NCBI GenBank assembly: GCA_964016885.1
Contig: OZ024740.1
Location: 370,140,001 to 370,204,000, forward strand
Length of the DNA stretch: 64,000 nucleotides
Direction: 5' to 3'
Origin: Eledone cirrhosa
Taxonomy: Eukaryota
The translations under genes were made by a program, and so were the position numbers. This document shows positions 1 to 12,439 of the stretch, piece by piece; within the stretch, counting starts at the first letter, position 1, and each line of letters opens with the position of its first letter. The notes under the pieces are model-generated. The model ran no database searches, was not told the origin of the DNA, and saw only the letters and a list, made by a program, of their open reading frames with translations.

Positions 1-68
<68 letters not shown>
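1..68. repeat. (TA)n microsatellite, first of dozens in the window
   Basis: Pure TA run; similar tracts flank nearly every PLE or HHR insertion below. Confidence 0.98.
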
Positions 69-69
<1 letters not shown>

Positions 70-72
<3 letters not shown>

Positions 73-262
73 GCGGTGGATTGGCAGTATCGGTAGAGGG
101 TCGGACGCAATGCTTTCCAGCACAGTTACGTCCCTTTATGGACTGAGTTCAAATCCCGCCGGGGTTAACTTGGCCTTTCATCCTTACGGAGTCGATAAAA
201 TAAAGTACCAGTGATACACTGGGATAATTGCTGGCCTTGTGCCAAAAAGTAGAAACAATTAT
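70..262 (+). mobile_element. tRNA-derived SINE, full length (~190 bp)
   Basis: A-box-like TGGCAGTATCGG, B-box GTTCAAATCC, central GCCTTTCATCCTTACGG.GTCGATAAAATAAAGTACCAG (resembles the Deu/Nin-type SINE core), 3' end GTAGAAACAATTAT; ~14 copies in window. Confidence 0.9.
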
Positions 263-274
263 ATATATATATAT

Positions 275-312
<38 letters not shown>

Positions 313-351
313 GATATTAAACAAATGGAAACTACATTTATAAAACCATAT

Positions 352-420
352 TTATTTCATTATATATATTTCAGGGATATCATATTAAAAATATGGTATG
401 CCCTCTTCAGACAAAATACA
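352..420 (-). ncRNA. Type I hammerhead ribozyme in the PLE-1 3' terminal repeat
   Basis: CTGAAGA-gggcataccatat/atatgatatccct-GAAA-palindromic tatata-TA. Confidence 0.75.
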
Positions 421-1784
421 ATATATAAACAGTTTTATAAATAAATTTGACATACCTTAAAAAATTTTACAACCTCCGTTTAAAAAGTTGTTATGGTAGT
501 GAAAATGTTAAGGACAGTTAGAAAGACAGACGGAGACAAAAGACAAAAGAAAAAAGAAAAAGAAGGAAAAAAGAAAAAGAAAGAGCGGAAGGTGAAGAAG
601 ATGAAGAAATGTATGTAAAGAGAAAAACACCAAATGAGAGATTTATGAGGGAAGGGGGTATTGTAATTATTTATTTATTTATTTATTTATTTAGTGTTAA
701 GGATACGGGGAGAAATAAAAACAAAAATAAATAAGGAGAGGTAGATCGAGTAATATCTATTATACGAGGTGGGAGAGATAGGGGAGGGGTGAGATACAGG
801 AGATAGAGTTAAAACAGCCGATATATAAGTCTCGTCCAGTGTAGAGGGAGGAGGAGAGGAGATATACTTAGAAATAAAAATGATAGTTTTAAAATATTAT
901 GTTTCATCAGTCTATCAATTCCTATGAATTTTAGTGTAAATATCAATATTCATGAATGAGACACATATCAATAATGTGTGAAAAAATAATGACTATATGT
1001 TTAGTTTAAAAATTCTTAGGTTTACAGTCAAAATCTGAGATAAAACTTCAAAAAAATACTGAAATACATAAGTATGTATGTATTTTCATGAAAAAAGAGA
1101 AAAAGAAAAAAGAGAAAGAAAAAGAGAAGGTTATCTCAAATTGACATTATAGACACATGTGAGTTTACGTGATCAGCTCTGTAAATTTGTATTTCACATG
1201 AAAATCTTCATTGTGTTAAAATAGATTTTACCATACATATATGTACATACATATATATATATACATAAAATATACATTATTAATAATAATAATAATATTC
1301 TTGCCCTCTCTTACATGATTATCGTTCAAGCATAGAATGGAACAGATATCAATATATTAAAATATTAAAAACGCCAAGAATATTTCACTCCCCAGAATAT
1401 CTAGGGCCGTAATAAAACAGTGTGCCCCGCATATCAATCAATCCTTCCAATTTATTTCACAATATATTGCCAAGTTCATTAGAAGCAATCAGAATCAAAA
1501 GCAAACAAAACCAAAATTATTCACCAAACTTATTTAGCAGAAATCATTCAAAAAAACTTTAGGATACCCGGTTGTTCTACAGATGCTCTTATATTTATTA
1601 TAGAAGTTTATCTAGCTTAAACATTTTATTCAATAGATTGGGAGCATCACCATATTAAGGTAGTTTAATTACATTATTAATTATATACTCATGAAGAAGG
1701 TTTAAAGAATTGAAGGAATCGAAAGATTTATCGCCAAGTTTTCTAAAATAATAAAAAAATAATTAAAAGTCTTAAGTAAATATA

Positions 1785-3500
1785 CTACATTTTAAATTTA
1801 TATTTATATTTAAAAGTTGAGTTCAATCTATGTCTGCAGCAACTGAATAAATTGGTCCGTAAATTAAGGGAATTTTTAGATTTTAGTATAAAGAATATCT
1901 CCTCCGCGCAGAGGTCGCATGTCTCAGAGGAGGAGTTAAAAGGAATCCCTCTGGAGACTATATTCCAAACCATCGAATATCCAACGTTATCATGTTTAAG
2001 TTGCCAGAGTAAACCTGATAGTGATGTTTAAGATTTTTTGTTTGGATCCGTGAAAGAATTCTTGTGATTATTATAGCGATGTTTAAATTCTGTCGAGGTG
2101 GAACCAACATAATTAAAAGAATTTAAGTCAGTTTTAACATTACAGTTGTATATTATATTTTTAACTAAGCAATTCTTATTTAACGGGCATTTAGATCTAT
2201 CTCTACAGTTACAGTTGTTTACTTGAATATTGTTTATGCTATTATCGGTATGTTGGCTAGGTTTTAGATTCCTATTATTTATTCTATTAATATTTTGTGC
2301 TAAATTTTTGGTGGACGAGTAGGTTAATTTTATAGTATGTCTATTGAAAATGGTGTGATACTTATGTGTTCTAGGGAATCGTTTGTCAAGAGCATTAAAA
2401 AATAGTTTAGCGATGTGGGTTTTAATATTTAGTGAGAAAGGGGGGGGGGCGAACCAAATTATGTTTCTAGTTCTATTTCTTTTCTGGTTTTTGGAATTAT
2501 TGTAATTCTTTCTATTATAGTTAAAGTTGTTACCGTAATTAAAATTGTTGTTATTTTGGTTAGTTTGTCTATTATTATCGATGTACATAATTTTATCACT
2601 ATATCCTGCTCTAGCTAACGCTTCATTGTAATACTGGGCTTTTTGGTCGAAAATATTTTTATTAGATGAGATTCTAGAGATACGTTTTTGAACAGAGTTC
2701 ACTATAGTATTTTTAACAGATCTGGGGTGGTTGGAGTTAAAGTTGACATAATTCAAGTTTTCATTTAACTTGTGAAATGGATAGTGAAGACATGTGTTGA
2801 GATTTAATGTTACATCTAGGAAATTGACTATTCTATGGTTATTCTCAATTTCTATTTTTAGATTAAGGTAATTAAAAAATTGTATAATTTGTTTTCTTTT
2901 TCTATTTAGTTCAGAGTTATTATCAGTTCAAATCCCGCCGAGGTTGACTTTGCCTTTCATCCTTACGGAGTCGATAAAATAAAGTACCAGTAATGCACTA
3001 GGTAATTGCTGGCCTTGTGCCTAAAGTAGAAACAATTATTTTCAATAAGTAAAAGCATGTCATCTCGATATAATCCTCCGGTAGCACCGGGTATTTTTCT
3101 ATGCAGCGAATTAATTATAAATAGGCCCACAAGGTATGTTACCTGAGCTGAGTCCGATGATCCCATAGTATTGTAAAAATTGCTAACTCTATTTGCCCTA
3201 GTCCATAGTTGGTTATTAAATTCTATCAATGTTTTCCTTGCCGATAGTATAATGTGCATTTCATTGCTAGTTAGGTATGTATGTTTGAATGCATAATTTA
3301 GTGCCTTATTTAGTAGGTTAGGGGTAATAGATGAATAGTAGTTAGGAATATCTAGTTGAATAAATTTATTATTATTGTTATATTTAATTTCTTTAAACCA
3401 CTCAATAACCTCTCCAGTTCCCTTCCACAAGCTTAAGTTATGTAAACAATTCAAGTTCTTAATTGCTGTATCACCCTGTCTAGAATGTTTTTGCTAAGTC
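1785..3500 (-). pseudogene. Disrupted RT + GIY-YIG ORF of PLE-1
   Basis: ORF pieces 2963-3454, 2028-2756 and 1785-1973 are colinear with the paralogues at 26270-28760 and 31990-33845; broken by a SINE, stops and frameshifts. Confidence 0.9.
2925..3038 (+). mobile_element. 5'-truncated SINE inside PLE-1 RT
   Basis: Starts at GTTCAAATCCC, ends AGAAACAATTAT; imperfect TSD ttattatca/ttattttca. Confidence 0.9.
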
Positions 3501-3504
3501 ATGA

Positions 3505-5261
3505 TAAACATGATAACGTTGGATATTCGATGGTTTGGAATATAGTCTCAAGAGGGATTCCTTTTAACTCCTCCTCTGAGACATCCGACCTCTGCGCGGA
3601 CGAGATATTCTTTATACTAAAATCTAAAAATTCCCTTAATTTACGGACCAATTTATTCAGTTGCTGCAGACATAGATTGAACTCAACTTTTAAATATAAA
3701 TATAAATTTAAAATGTAGTATATTTACTTAAGACTTTTAATTATTTTTTTATTATTTTAGAAAACTTGGCGATAAATCTTTCGATTCCTTCAATTCTTTA
3801 AACCTTCTTCATGAGTATATAATTAATAATGTAATTAAACTACCTTAATATGGTGATGCTCCCAATCTATTGAATAAAATTGTTAAGCTAGATAAACTTC
3901 TATAATAAATATAAGAGCATCTGTAGAACAACCGGGTATACTAAAGTTTTTTTGAATGATTTCTGCTAAATAAGTTTGGTGAATAATTTTGGTTTTGTTT
4001 GCTTTTGATTCTGATTGCTTCTAATGAACTTGGCAATATATTGTCAAATAAATTGGAAGGATTGATTGATATGCGGGGCACACTGTTTTAGATATTCCGG
4101 GGAGTGAAATATTCTTGGCGTTTTTAATATTTTAATATATTGATATCTGTTCCATTCTATGCTTGAACGATAATCATGTAAGAGAGGGCAGGAATATATT
4201 ATTATTATTAATAATGTATATTTTATGTATATATATATATGTATGTACATATATGTATGGTAAAATCTATTTTAACACAATGAAGATTTTCATGTGAAAT
4301 ACAAATTTACAGAGCTGATCACGTAAACTCACATGTGTCTATAATGTCAATTTGAGATAACCTTCTCTTTTTCTTTCTCTTTTTTCTTTTTCTCTTTTTT
4401 CATGAAAATACATATATACTTATGTATTTCAGTATTTTTTTGAAGTTTTATCTCAGATTTTGACTGTAAACCTAAGAATTTTTAAACTAAACATATAGTC
4501 ATTATTTTTTCACACATTATTGATATGTGTCTCATTCATGAATATTGATATTTACACTATAATTCATAGGAATTGATAGACTGATGAAACATAATATTTT
4601 AAAACTATCATTTTTATTTCTAAGTATATCTCCTCTCCTCCTCCCTCTACACTGGACGAGACATATGTATCGGCTGTTTTAACTCTATCTCCTGTATCTC
4701 ACCCCTCCCCTATCTCTCCCACCTCGTATAATAGATATTACTCGATCTACCTCTCCTTATTTTTGTTTTTATTTCTCCCCGTATCCTTAACACTAAATAA
4801 ATAAATAAATAAATAAATAATTACAGTACCCCCTTCCCTCATAAATCTCTCATTTGGTGTTTTTCTCTTTACATACATTTCTTCATCTTCTTCACCTTCC
4901 GCTCTTTCTTTTTCTTTTTTCCTTCTTTTTCTTTTTTCTTTTGTCTTTTGTCTCCGTCTTTCTTTCTAACTGTCCTTAACATTTTCACTACCATAACAAC
5001 TTTTTAAATGGAAGTTGTAAAATGTTTTAAGGTATGTCAAATTTATTTATAAAACTGTTTATATATTGTATTTTGTCTGAAGAGGGCATACCATATTTTT
5101 AATATGATATCCCTGAAATATATATAATGAAATAAATATGGTTATATAAATGTAGTTTCTATTTGTTTAATATCGTAAAATACTCCAAAACCTGTTGAGT
5201 GCTTTTATATCAGTTATAAAATATTTACTCGTTGTAACCCAACAATTTTAAATAAAACTTT

Positions 5262-5264
<3 letters not shown>
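3505..5264 (+). mobile_element. Inverted second arm of PLE-1 with 88-bp tail
   Basis: 3505-5176 is the near-identical reverse complement of 311-1998; 5177-5264 is extra tail ending in (TA)n. Confidence 0.92.
5068..5136 (+). ncRNA. Type I hammerhead ribozyme (inverted-arm copy)
   Basis: CTGAAGA at 5077-5083, GAAA at 5115-5118. Confidence 0.75.
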
Positions 5265-5319
<55 letters not shown>

Positions 5320-5322
5320 TAT

Positions 5323-5429
5323 AGGAAAAGGTTTAACCCGACGGCAGAGATCAGGTCCACTCTGCTACCCTAAGTATTGAGTACTCTGGTGCGTTATGGT
5401 CCATCTGGTTCTTTACCGTACTCCCTTCG

Positions 5430-5431
<2 letters not shown>
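5323..5431. mobile_element. Mini PLE-end insertion, family A
   Basis: Short-end arm on - (5323-5354) plus tail arm on + (5357-5431); homologous to 21267, 42556, 56532 and the PLE end at 17010. Confidence 0.75.
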
Positions 5432-5519
<88 letters not shown>

Positions 5520-5838
5520 TAGTTTTGCGACGTTTTTTATATGAAATCGTGTGTCGAAACAAATATTGTTATACAAGGGGAGGGTCATATTTGTGTAATA
5601 TTGCCAGAATTAATAACAGAACACACTCAATGTTTGGTTGGTTTTCGCTTTGTGTCTATATTGTATCTGTATTATTTTTGACCGTTGGTCAGTCAATGGC
5701 AACATTGAGGACCGAATAAATTAGAATGCCGATATAAAAGACAGAAGCGAAAAGCGAAAACCAACCAAACAGTGAGTGTGTTCTGTTATTAATTCTGGCA
5801 ATATTACACAAATATGACCCTCCCCAAGTATAATAATA
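5520..5838. mobile_element. TA-flanked inverted-arm insertion, family D
   Basis: IR ~5565-5650 / 5751-5838; left arm has ~45 extra bp; no clear HHR. Confidence 0.65.
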
Positions 5839-5856
5839 TATATATATATATATATA

Positions 5857-6222
5857 TGACCAAAGATTAATATGGTTCATTGATTACTCAATGAATATAG
5901 TTTTACAATAGATTAAAAGCACACTACAAGAAAGGTTTTCTGGAGTTATTAATATTATTCAGAATATTAATAAATGAAGACATTCACATAATCAAAATAT
6001 ATGTTTTATATATATTTCGAAGGTACTGTGCTGTTTTTTCAGTACGTCCTCGTCAGATAAAATATATGAATTGAAGGAATTGAACCATCAAGACCGTTGA
6101 GGTATGTCATACATTAATTCATGTATTTTATCTGACGAGGACTTACTGAAACAACAGCACAGTACCTTCGAAATAAAACATATATTTTGAATATGTGAAT
6201 GTCTTCATTTATTAATATTCTG

Positions 6223-6225
<3 letters not shown>
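5857..6225. mobile_element. TA-flanked inverted-arm insertion with HHR, family E
   Basis: IR ~5959-6072 / 6116-6222; intact HHR on - at 6001-6062 (CTGACGA ggacgtactg...cagtaccttc GAAA tatata TA); ~100-bp tail on left arm; relative at 59430. Confidence 0.8.
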
Positions 6226-6252
<27 letters not shown>

Positions 6253-6257
<5 letters not shown>

Positions 6258-6787
6258 GATTGGTGCTCTGAAATAGCGATGTATACATGAATATATGTGT
6301 AGTACATTTGGCAATATACTGTATGCTTAATAAAAAACATTTTGAAGACCTTGCACTATTATTTTAAAGTAGTGACTATGTCACTTACTTCTTTTTTCAA
6401 CAAACGAAGGGAGATAAGCTGACAGATCTGTTTCACACTGTTGGTGATAATCAGAGCTTAGCACTCGCCGACCTTTGTTGAAAATTATAGAGGCCGGTTT
6501 CTTATAGAATTCCAGTAATAATCAGTAACTGATTATACAGAGCGATTGCCGGTCCAGCAAAAATTGTAAATTAGGATTGGTGCTCTGAAATAACGATGTA
6601 TACATGAATATATGTATAGTATATTTGGCAATATGCTGTATGCTTAATTAAAAACATTTTGAAGACCGTGCGCTATTATTTTAAAGTAGTGACTATGTCA
6701 CTTATTTCTTTTTTCAACAAATGAATGGAGATAAGCTGACAGATCTGTTTCACACTGTTGGTGATCATCGGAGCTTAGCACTCGCCG
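6253..6787. repeat. Partial tandem duplication, period ~317 bp
   Basis: 6253-6470 recurs at 6570-6787 with scattered substitutions. Confidence 0.85.
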
Positions 6788-6789
6788 GA

Positions 6790-8457
6790 AAGAAGATAAG
6801 GTGATGTTGAACGTGTTAAGGAAATGGGAAAGATAGGACAATGGTGGATTGGCAGTATCAGTAGAGGGCCCGACACCATGTATTGACGCCTAGAATTACG
6901 GCCCTTGCAATTCTGAATTCAAATCACGCCGAGGTTAATGTTGCCTTTCATCCTTACGGTGTCGATAAAATACAGTACCAGTAATGCACTGGGATAATTG
7001 CTAGCCTTGTGCCAAAAGTAGAAACAATTATTTACAAACAAGGTTTTTGAAGTAAAAAAAAAAATAAAGGTGTGATGTGGAACATGATTGTAATGAAAGA
7101 GTAATATTATTTACAGGCATAATTCTTGAGGATAAGCTGTTCAAAGAGTGTTATTATGGCAGGAGCGCTTAGAGAAGCTGATCCATAATGGAGGTAAATG
7201 CTAGTTTGGGATTGGATATGTTTTCCCAATGAGGCATTCGATATCATCCACCAGAACATTCATTTACTAAAAATAGACCCAAGAATGAACAAAATCCTCC
7301 AAACACACAACATCATAAAGAGCAAAAGTCAACCTAAATCCATAAAAAACATCCTCACACAAGCCAAAATCCAACCAACCCTCACAATGAACCCTAGAGT
7401 AAAAGAAATGCGGAAGGCCCAACTGTGGTATATGCATAAATCTAATAGAAGGTTCAACATTCCACTTTAAACAAGGACAACATTTCACAGTTAAATACAA
7501 CTTTACATGTGCATCTGAAAATCTAATCTATATTTTGACCTGCTCAGGTTGTCGCGAGCACTACATAGGACAGACAAAAACCAGCCTCCGACAAAGGATG
7601 ACCGTCCATAGTTCGCAAATCAAAATACAGGAATACAGGAAGATTGCTTTTATTGAACATTTTCCCCATTTACAAATTCATAGACAACGTTTCTTTCACC
7701 CATCATACCAATAAGGAAACGTACTTCATTAACAAATTCCAACCTCTACTTAATGGACTAAACGTCGGACTAAACTAAAACTGAAACGAACAATGAACCA
7801 AAGCCCCAAATTCCTACACTCTCTAAAGAGTTACCTCCCTAACACCCTACCTAATCCTTTTTTTTATATAAATGAATTACGCCATCTCCTCTCTTTCTCC
7901 TACCCGATCACCCTGAATTACCTCCCCTTGCATATTAACTCTCAAAAAAGGGAAAACATATCCAACCCCAGACTACCATCATGGATCAACTTATCTAAGC
8001 GCTCCTGCCATAATTTTTGAACTGCTTATACTCAAGAACTATGCCTGTAAATAATATTATTCTTTCTTTCCCATTACCTTATAATCTTCCACATCATCCC
8101 TTTTTTTTTTTTTTTACTAACAAATCCTTGTTTGTAAATAATATTATTCTTTCTTTCCCATTTCCTTAACATGTTCAACATCACCTTATCTTCTCTCCTA
8201 CATATTATACAAATTCCCCCCTTTGATAATACATAAAATGCTGAAACCGGTAATTGACAATTATGAAATAAATAAATTAATAAATAAATCAATGCTATTG
8301 TTAATTAATAAATAAATTAACTAATACCTTAACACTTCACACAAAGTAAAATATTTTGTTTTAAACATTTTCTAACCCAGAAAATGAGAAAAAATTAAAG
8401 TACAAAAATATATTTTTCTTCCTAATAATCGTTTTTTCTCCGTATTTACACATTTTA

Positions 8458-8460
<3 letters not shown>
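6790..8460 (+). mobile_element. Neptune-type PLE 3' fragment with upstream inverted arm
   Basis: 7228-7760 encodes a frameshifted Cys linker and GIY-YIG (NLIYILTCSGC..YIGQT...RMTVH); 6790-7227 is an inverted copy of ~7949-8194. Confidence 0.8.
6843..7030 (+). mobile_element. tRNA-derived SINE
   Basis: Full copy inside the inverted arm; empty site at 8120-8160 on the opposite strand. Confidence 0.9.
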
Positions 8461-8530
<70 letters not shown>

Positions 8531-8536
<6 letters not shown>

Positions 8537-8700
8537 GAAGCAGAAAACCCAATATTCAATACAATAGGGACACAAAAATACACCGAAGAAACAGACTGAT
8601 GTTCTAAGAAACTGAGTAAATGCTTTCTAATTCAAAGTTAAAAGTCAAAACAGATATGATATATGAATGAGGATAGGCAAATAAATATATTCAAAAACTA
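8531..8700. repeat. Inverted copy of the first ~170 bp of repeat C
   Basis: Reverse complement of 11197-11365; both copies abut TA tracts. Confidence 0.85.
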
Positions 8701-8717
8701 TATATATACATACATAA

Positions 8718-11068
8718 TGAAAAAAAGATGAAATCGAAAATGCAACTGGAGTCTTTTTTTTGTTTTTAAATATATATATTTATTTGGTTCCTTTACCGGT
8801 TTCGCAGTTCTTCTGCTTTTCAAAAGTAGATTTGAGATGGAGGGTCTGTGGTTTTTCTCACATATGGTTGTTCTTTGAATGTTACTTGTTTTATATGGAA
8901 AAAGGTGGCTCGAAACGCAAGGCTTTTAGAGAAGTAATTTGATTGGTTGGTCAATAAGTATAATAAATTTCGCGCCAGTTCGCGTTACAAAGTTCTTCAA
9001 ACAAGGGAGCGGGGGGCTCAGGTTGTTTTTCATATATGAGTGAAGTTTGGTTTGTTGATGCAGTCATGTGAATAAGCACATCAGCTTTCGAGCCAGTTTG
9101 TTTGAATTGAAGGATTTTTTTTATAAATGTAATTTGATTGGTTATAAATGAAATTATGGCTGTCGCGCCCGTATTTGAGAATCTATTTTGTAGCCTTTTA
9201 GAGAATTTTATGACAAACAAAAGATAATGGTCAAGAGAAATGGGATGGGGGGGGGGAATTGTTCTGGTTCAGTGAATATGGCAGGTTGTTTTTTCATATA
9301 TGAGTGAAGTTTGGTTGGTTGTAGTCACGTGAATAAGCACATCAGCTTTCGCGTCAGTTAGCTTGAATTTCTTTTTACTTAAAAGAAAGTGGCTCACAAA
9401 GGCTTTTTTTCAATAAATGTAATTTGATTGGTTATAAATGAAATAATGACTGTCACGTGAACAAGTTCATTAAATTTCGCGCCCGTATTTGGGAATGAAT
9501 GCTGTAGCCTTTCAGAGAATGTTATAACAAACAAAAGATATTGGTCAAGTGAATATGGCTGGTTCGCTGGGGTGTCAGAATTCAGACTTTCTATTGAAAT
9601 AAAGAAAGTAGAGATATGTATGTTTATTTGTGTGCTTGTGTGTGTGTGTGTGTATAGGAAGATGATTCTATTAATAGAAATGGAGGAGGGAATTCTGTGT
9701 GTGTATATGGGTGTTATGTGTGTGTGGGGGAGTATGTTAGGATGGAGAGTATATATATATATATTGTGTGTGTGTATATGTCTGTTTGGATGGTTAGCAT
9801 GTTATGGTGTTGACATAATGTATGTTAAACCATATTTAATGCTGGTCTATATTTTTGAATAACATATTTTCCTTATTTATTCGTATTTGTTCTGTTGTAT
9901 TGTCAGCGCAAAGGTAAAATGGGAAGACTTGGAATTTGGGTGTCTTATTACTTGCGCATATATTTAGATCTCGTAATTGTTGGCGATGAACTGTCATTCT
10001 GTTTCTGAGTGTGAGTTTAGTTTGTCCTATATAATCTTCATTGCATCCTTTACATTTAATGGCATAAAATAGACTTTTTGATGAGCAAGTGAAGTGATTT
10101 TTTACAGCAAAATTTTGTCCTGATTGAAATGTATACGTGTTGCCTTCAATAAGGTGAGTGCAGGTTCCACAATTAGAGCGACCACATTTTTTGATACTTG
10201 GTTGTGGGTTTGTGGTAGGTAATTTTGCATTGGTGAGTAATGTTTTCAGTAATTTTGGTTGTCTTTTGCTTTTGATTATTCTGTGTGTTCCAAGGGCTTT
10301 TTTCATTCTTGGGTCTTGTTTCAATAGTGGGATGTTCTTGTGAATAGTGTTGTAAGCTTCCGCATTTCTTGGGTTGTGTGTTGAGATATATGATAGAATA
10401 TTGGACGTACCTTGAATTTGTTTCTGCTTTCGTAATTCATCAATTCCTATTGCTTTAGCACTTTCTATTCCATTATTTATTAGTAATGGTGGGTACTGTC
10501 TTTCGAGTAGAATTTCCTTTAATTCTTGGAGTCTTTTATTTTGCGTTTCAAAACAATACCTGCTATTTCAAACAATACCTGCTATTCACCTCCAACCAAC
10601 TTTTGATGGTTGAAGGTTAATAGCAGGTATTGTTTGGAATCTGTTGGTTTATAGTGTATGTCAGTTTCAATATCTGTGTTCAATATTTTAAGATTAAGAT
10701 GTCCAGAAATGGGAGTTGACCTTGGCTATATTCCATTGTTAATTGGATGTGGTTATTGATGCCGTTAATTAAATTTTTGAAATCATTCAGGTGGTCGAGT
10801 GTGTGGGACCAAAGAATGAGACAATCATCCAAGTAGCGTTTCCAATTCTCTGATAAATATTTGTGGACGTTCAATCCGTATTTTGATTTGGACTGGTCAT
10901 ATATCTGGACTTCTAAGTATGCGATGATTAAGTTGGCATAAGTTAGAGCGGCTTTTGTACCCATCGCAGTCCCCGATATTTGCTTGTAAGTACTGCCATC
11001 GAAATCAAAAAAGTTGTTCTGTAAGATAAATTTTAATCCCTCGGTGATGAAGCTGTTTGCTATTCTGT
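8718..11068 (-). mobile_element. Neptune-type PLE, 5'-truncated; source of family B ends
   Basis: RT GTAMGT...WKRYLDDC (10680-11068), KCGRSNCGTC linker and GIY-YIG YIGQT (9836-10324); 3' UTR with HHR at 8790-8827 (-). Confidence 0.9.
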
Positions 11069-11099
11069 TATACATACATATATATATATATGTGTGTGG

Positions 11100-11151
<52 letters not shown>

Positions 11152-11196
11152 TGTATGTATACGCACACACACACATACACACACACATATATATAT

Positions 11197-11878
11197 AGTT
11201 TTTGAATATATTTATTTGCCTATCCTCATTCATATATCATATCGGTTTTGACTTATAACTTTGAATTAGAAAGCATTTACTCACTTTCTTAGAACATCAG
11301 TCTGTTTCTTCGGGATATTTCTGTGTCCTTATTGCATTGAATATTGGGTTTACTGCTTCTACCTTTTTACAAATTCATGCAATTTACAGACGATTAAAAA
11401 CAAATATGGAATAAATATTTCAAGTAAACTATTATTGTAATGGAATATAAACATTTCAGTTAGAGGGAAAATAATATACTGAAATGGTTAAAATAATTTA
11501 CTGAAATCATTTTATATTGTTTTGTTGAATTCGTGAAATCTAAATGTGTTAAGAATTTGCAGACAAATATATCAAATGTCTATTTGTTTCTTGTTTATTG
11601 ATTTAGTTGGTTCATTTATTATGGTGATGCTGCTGAACTACTTATAAGTTTCTTCATCAATCACTATAAACAATAGCGCTGACAATCAGATAAAGTAATT
11701 TTGGAAACAGAACCAAATGAACTATTATCATATTCATTTGCGTTGCGACGCACATCTTTCGAATTTCAAATTTTCCACATATTTCTTACACATTAAGCTA
11801 CAGGTTTATAATCTTACAAATACACAGTATTGATTGCCAGTGGCTGTTTAGAGTCGTGTGTAACACGACTCTACTTCT

Positions 11879-11880
<2 letters not shown>
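11197..11880. repeat. Dispersed ~680-bp repeat C, unclassified
   Basis: Diverged same-orientation copy at 31270-31946; both TA-flanked. Confidence 0.7.
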
Positions 11881-11962
<82 letters not shown>

Positions 11963-11967
<5 letters not shown>

Positions 11968-12064
11968 ATAATAATAAATTTGAAGACTAAAATCCAAAGA
12001 GGGCTCGATAAGTTTCAGAAGATCCCGTTAAGGGTGTTTGCTTAAACTTTAATCTATTATTTTG

Positions 12065-12070
<6 letters not shown>
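11963..12070. mobile_element. Mini insertion, family F, non-overlapping arms
   Basis: 11963-12010 is the reverse complement of tail 16508-16557; 12010-12070 is the + strand short-end arm. Confidence 0.8.
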
Positions 12071-12100
<30 letters not shown>

Positions 12101-12167
12101 GTGTGTGTGTATGTGTGTATGCGTATATATATGTATACGCATACACACACACACATATATATATATA

Positions 12168-12384
12168 CAAGGTAGTCAGAAATAACAACACAATGGGTAC
12201 AGTATATGGAAGGAATATATTAAGTTAACGCTTGAAATAGCAGAAAGAGGGTCTTAACGTTTCCGTCGCTAGTCCTTCACCAGAAGAAAGAATGAGAAAT
12301 TAGAAAGATTGAAGGGCCGGCGGGGTGCAATTGGAAAAAATAATTTTAGAGAAAAATAACAGGTCTATTCATTTTGCCATCTCT

Positions 12385-12385
<1 letters not shown>
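12168..12385 (-). mobile_element. Decayed PLE end with degenerate HHR
   Basis: - strand CTGGTGA aggactagcgacg GAAA cgtta; similar remnants at 29535, 35905 and 38070. Confidence 0.5.

Positions 12386-12436
<51 letters not shown>

Positions 12437-12439
<3 letters not shown>

Larger units (their letters stand above)
311..3504 (-). mobile_element. Penelope-like retroelement, Hydra-type, 5'-truncated (PLE-1 main arm)
   Basis: RT GLYRDD, WFAPP.S, CNCRDRSKCPL linker, GIY-YIG (IIY...YVGST...RYNNH), C-terminal CDLC...CCRH; long AT-rich 3' UTR with HHR; ends in (TA)n. Confidence 0.9.

Noticed and set aside
70-262. tRNA gene
   Set aside because: Only A and B boxes, no full cloverleaf; multi-copy with a shared tail and TSDs, so a SINE
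311-5264. DNA transposon with long terminal inverted repeats
   Set aside because: Arms contain GIY-YIG coding sequence, 3' UTR and HHR; ends are asymmetric; interior encodes RT, not a transposase
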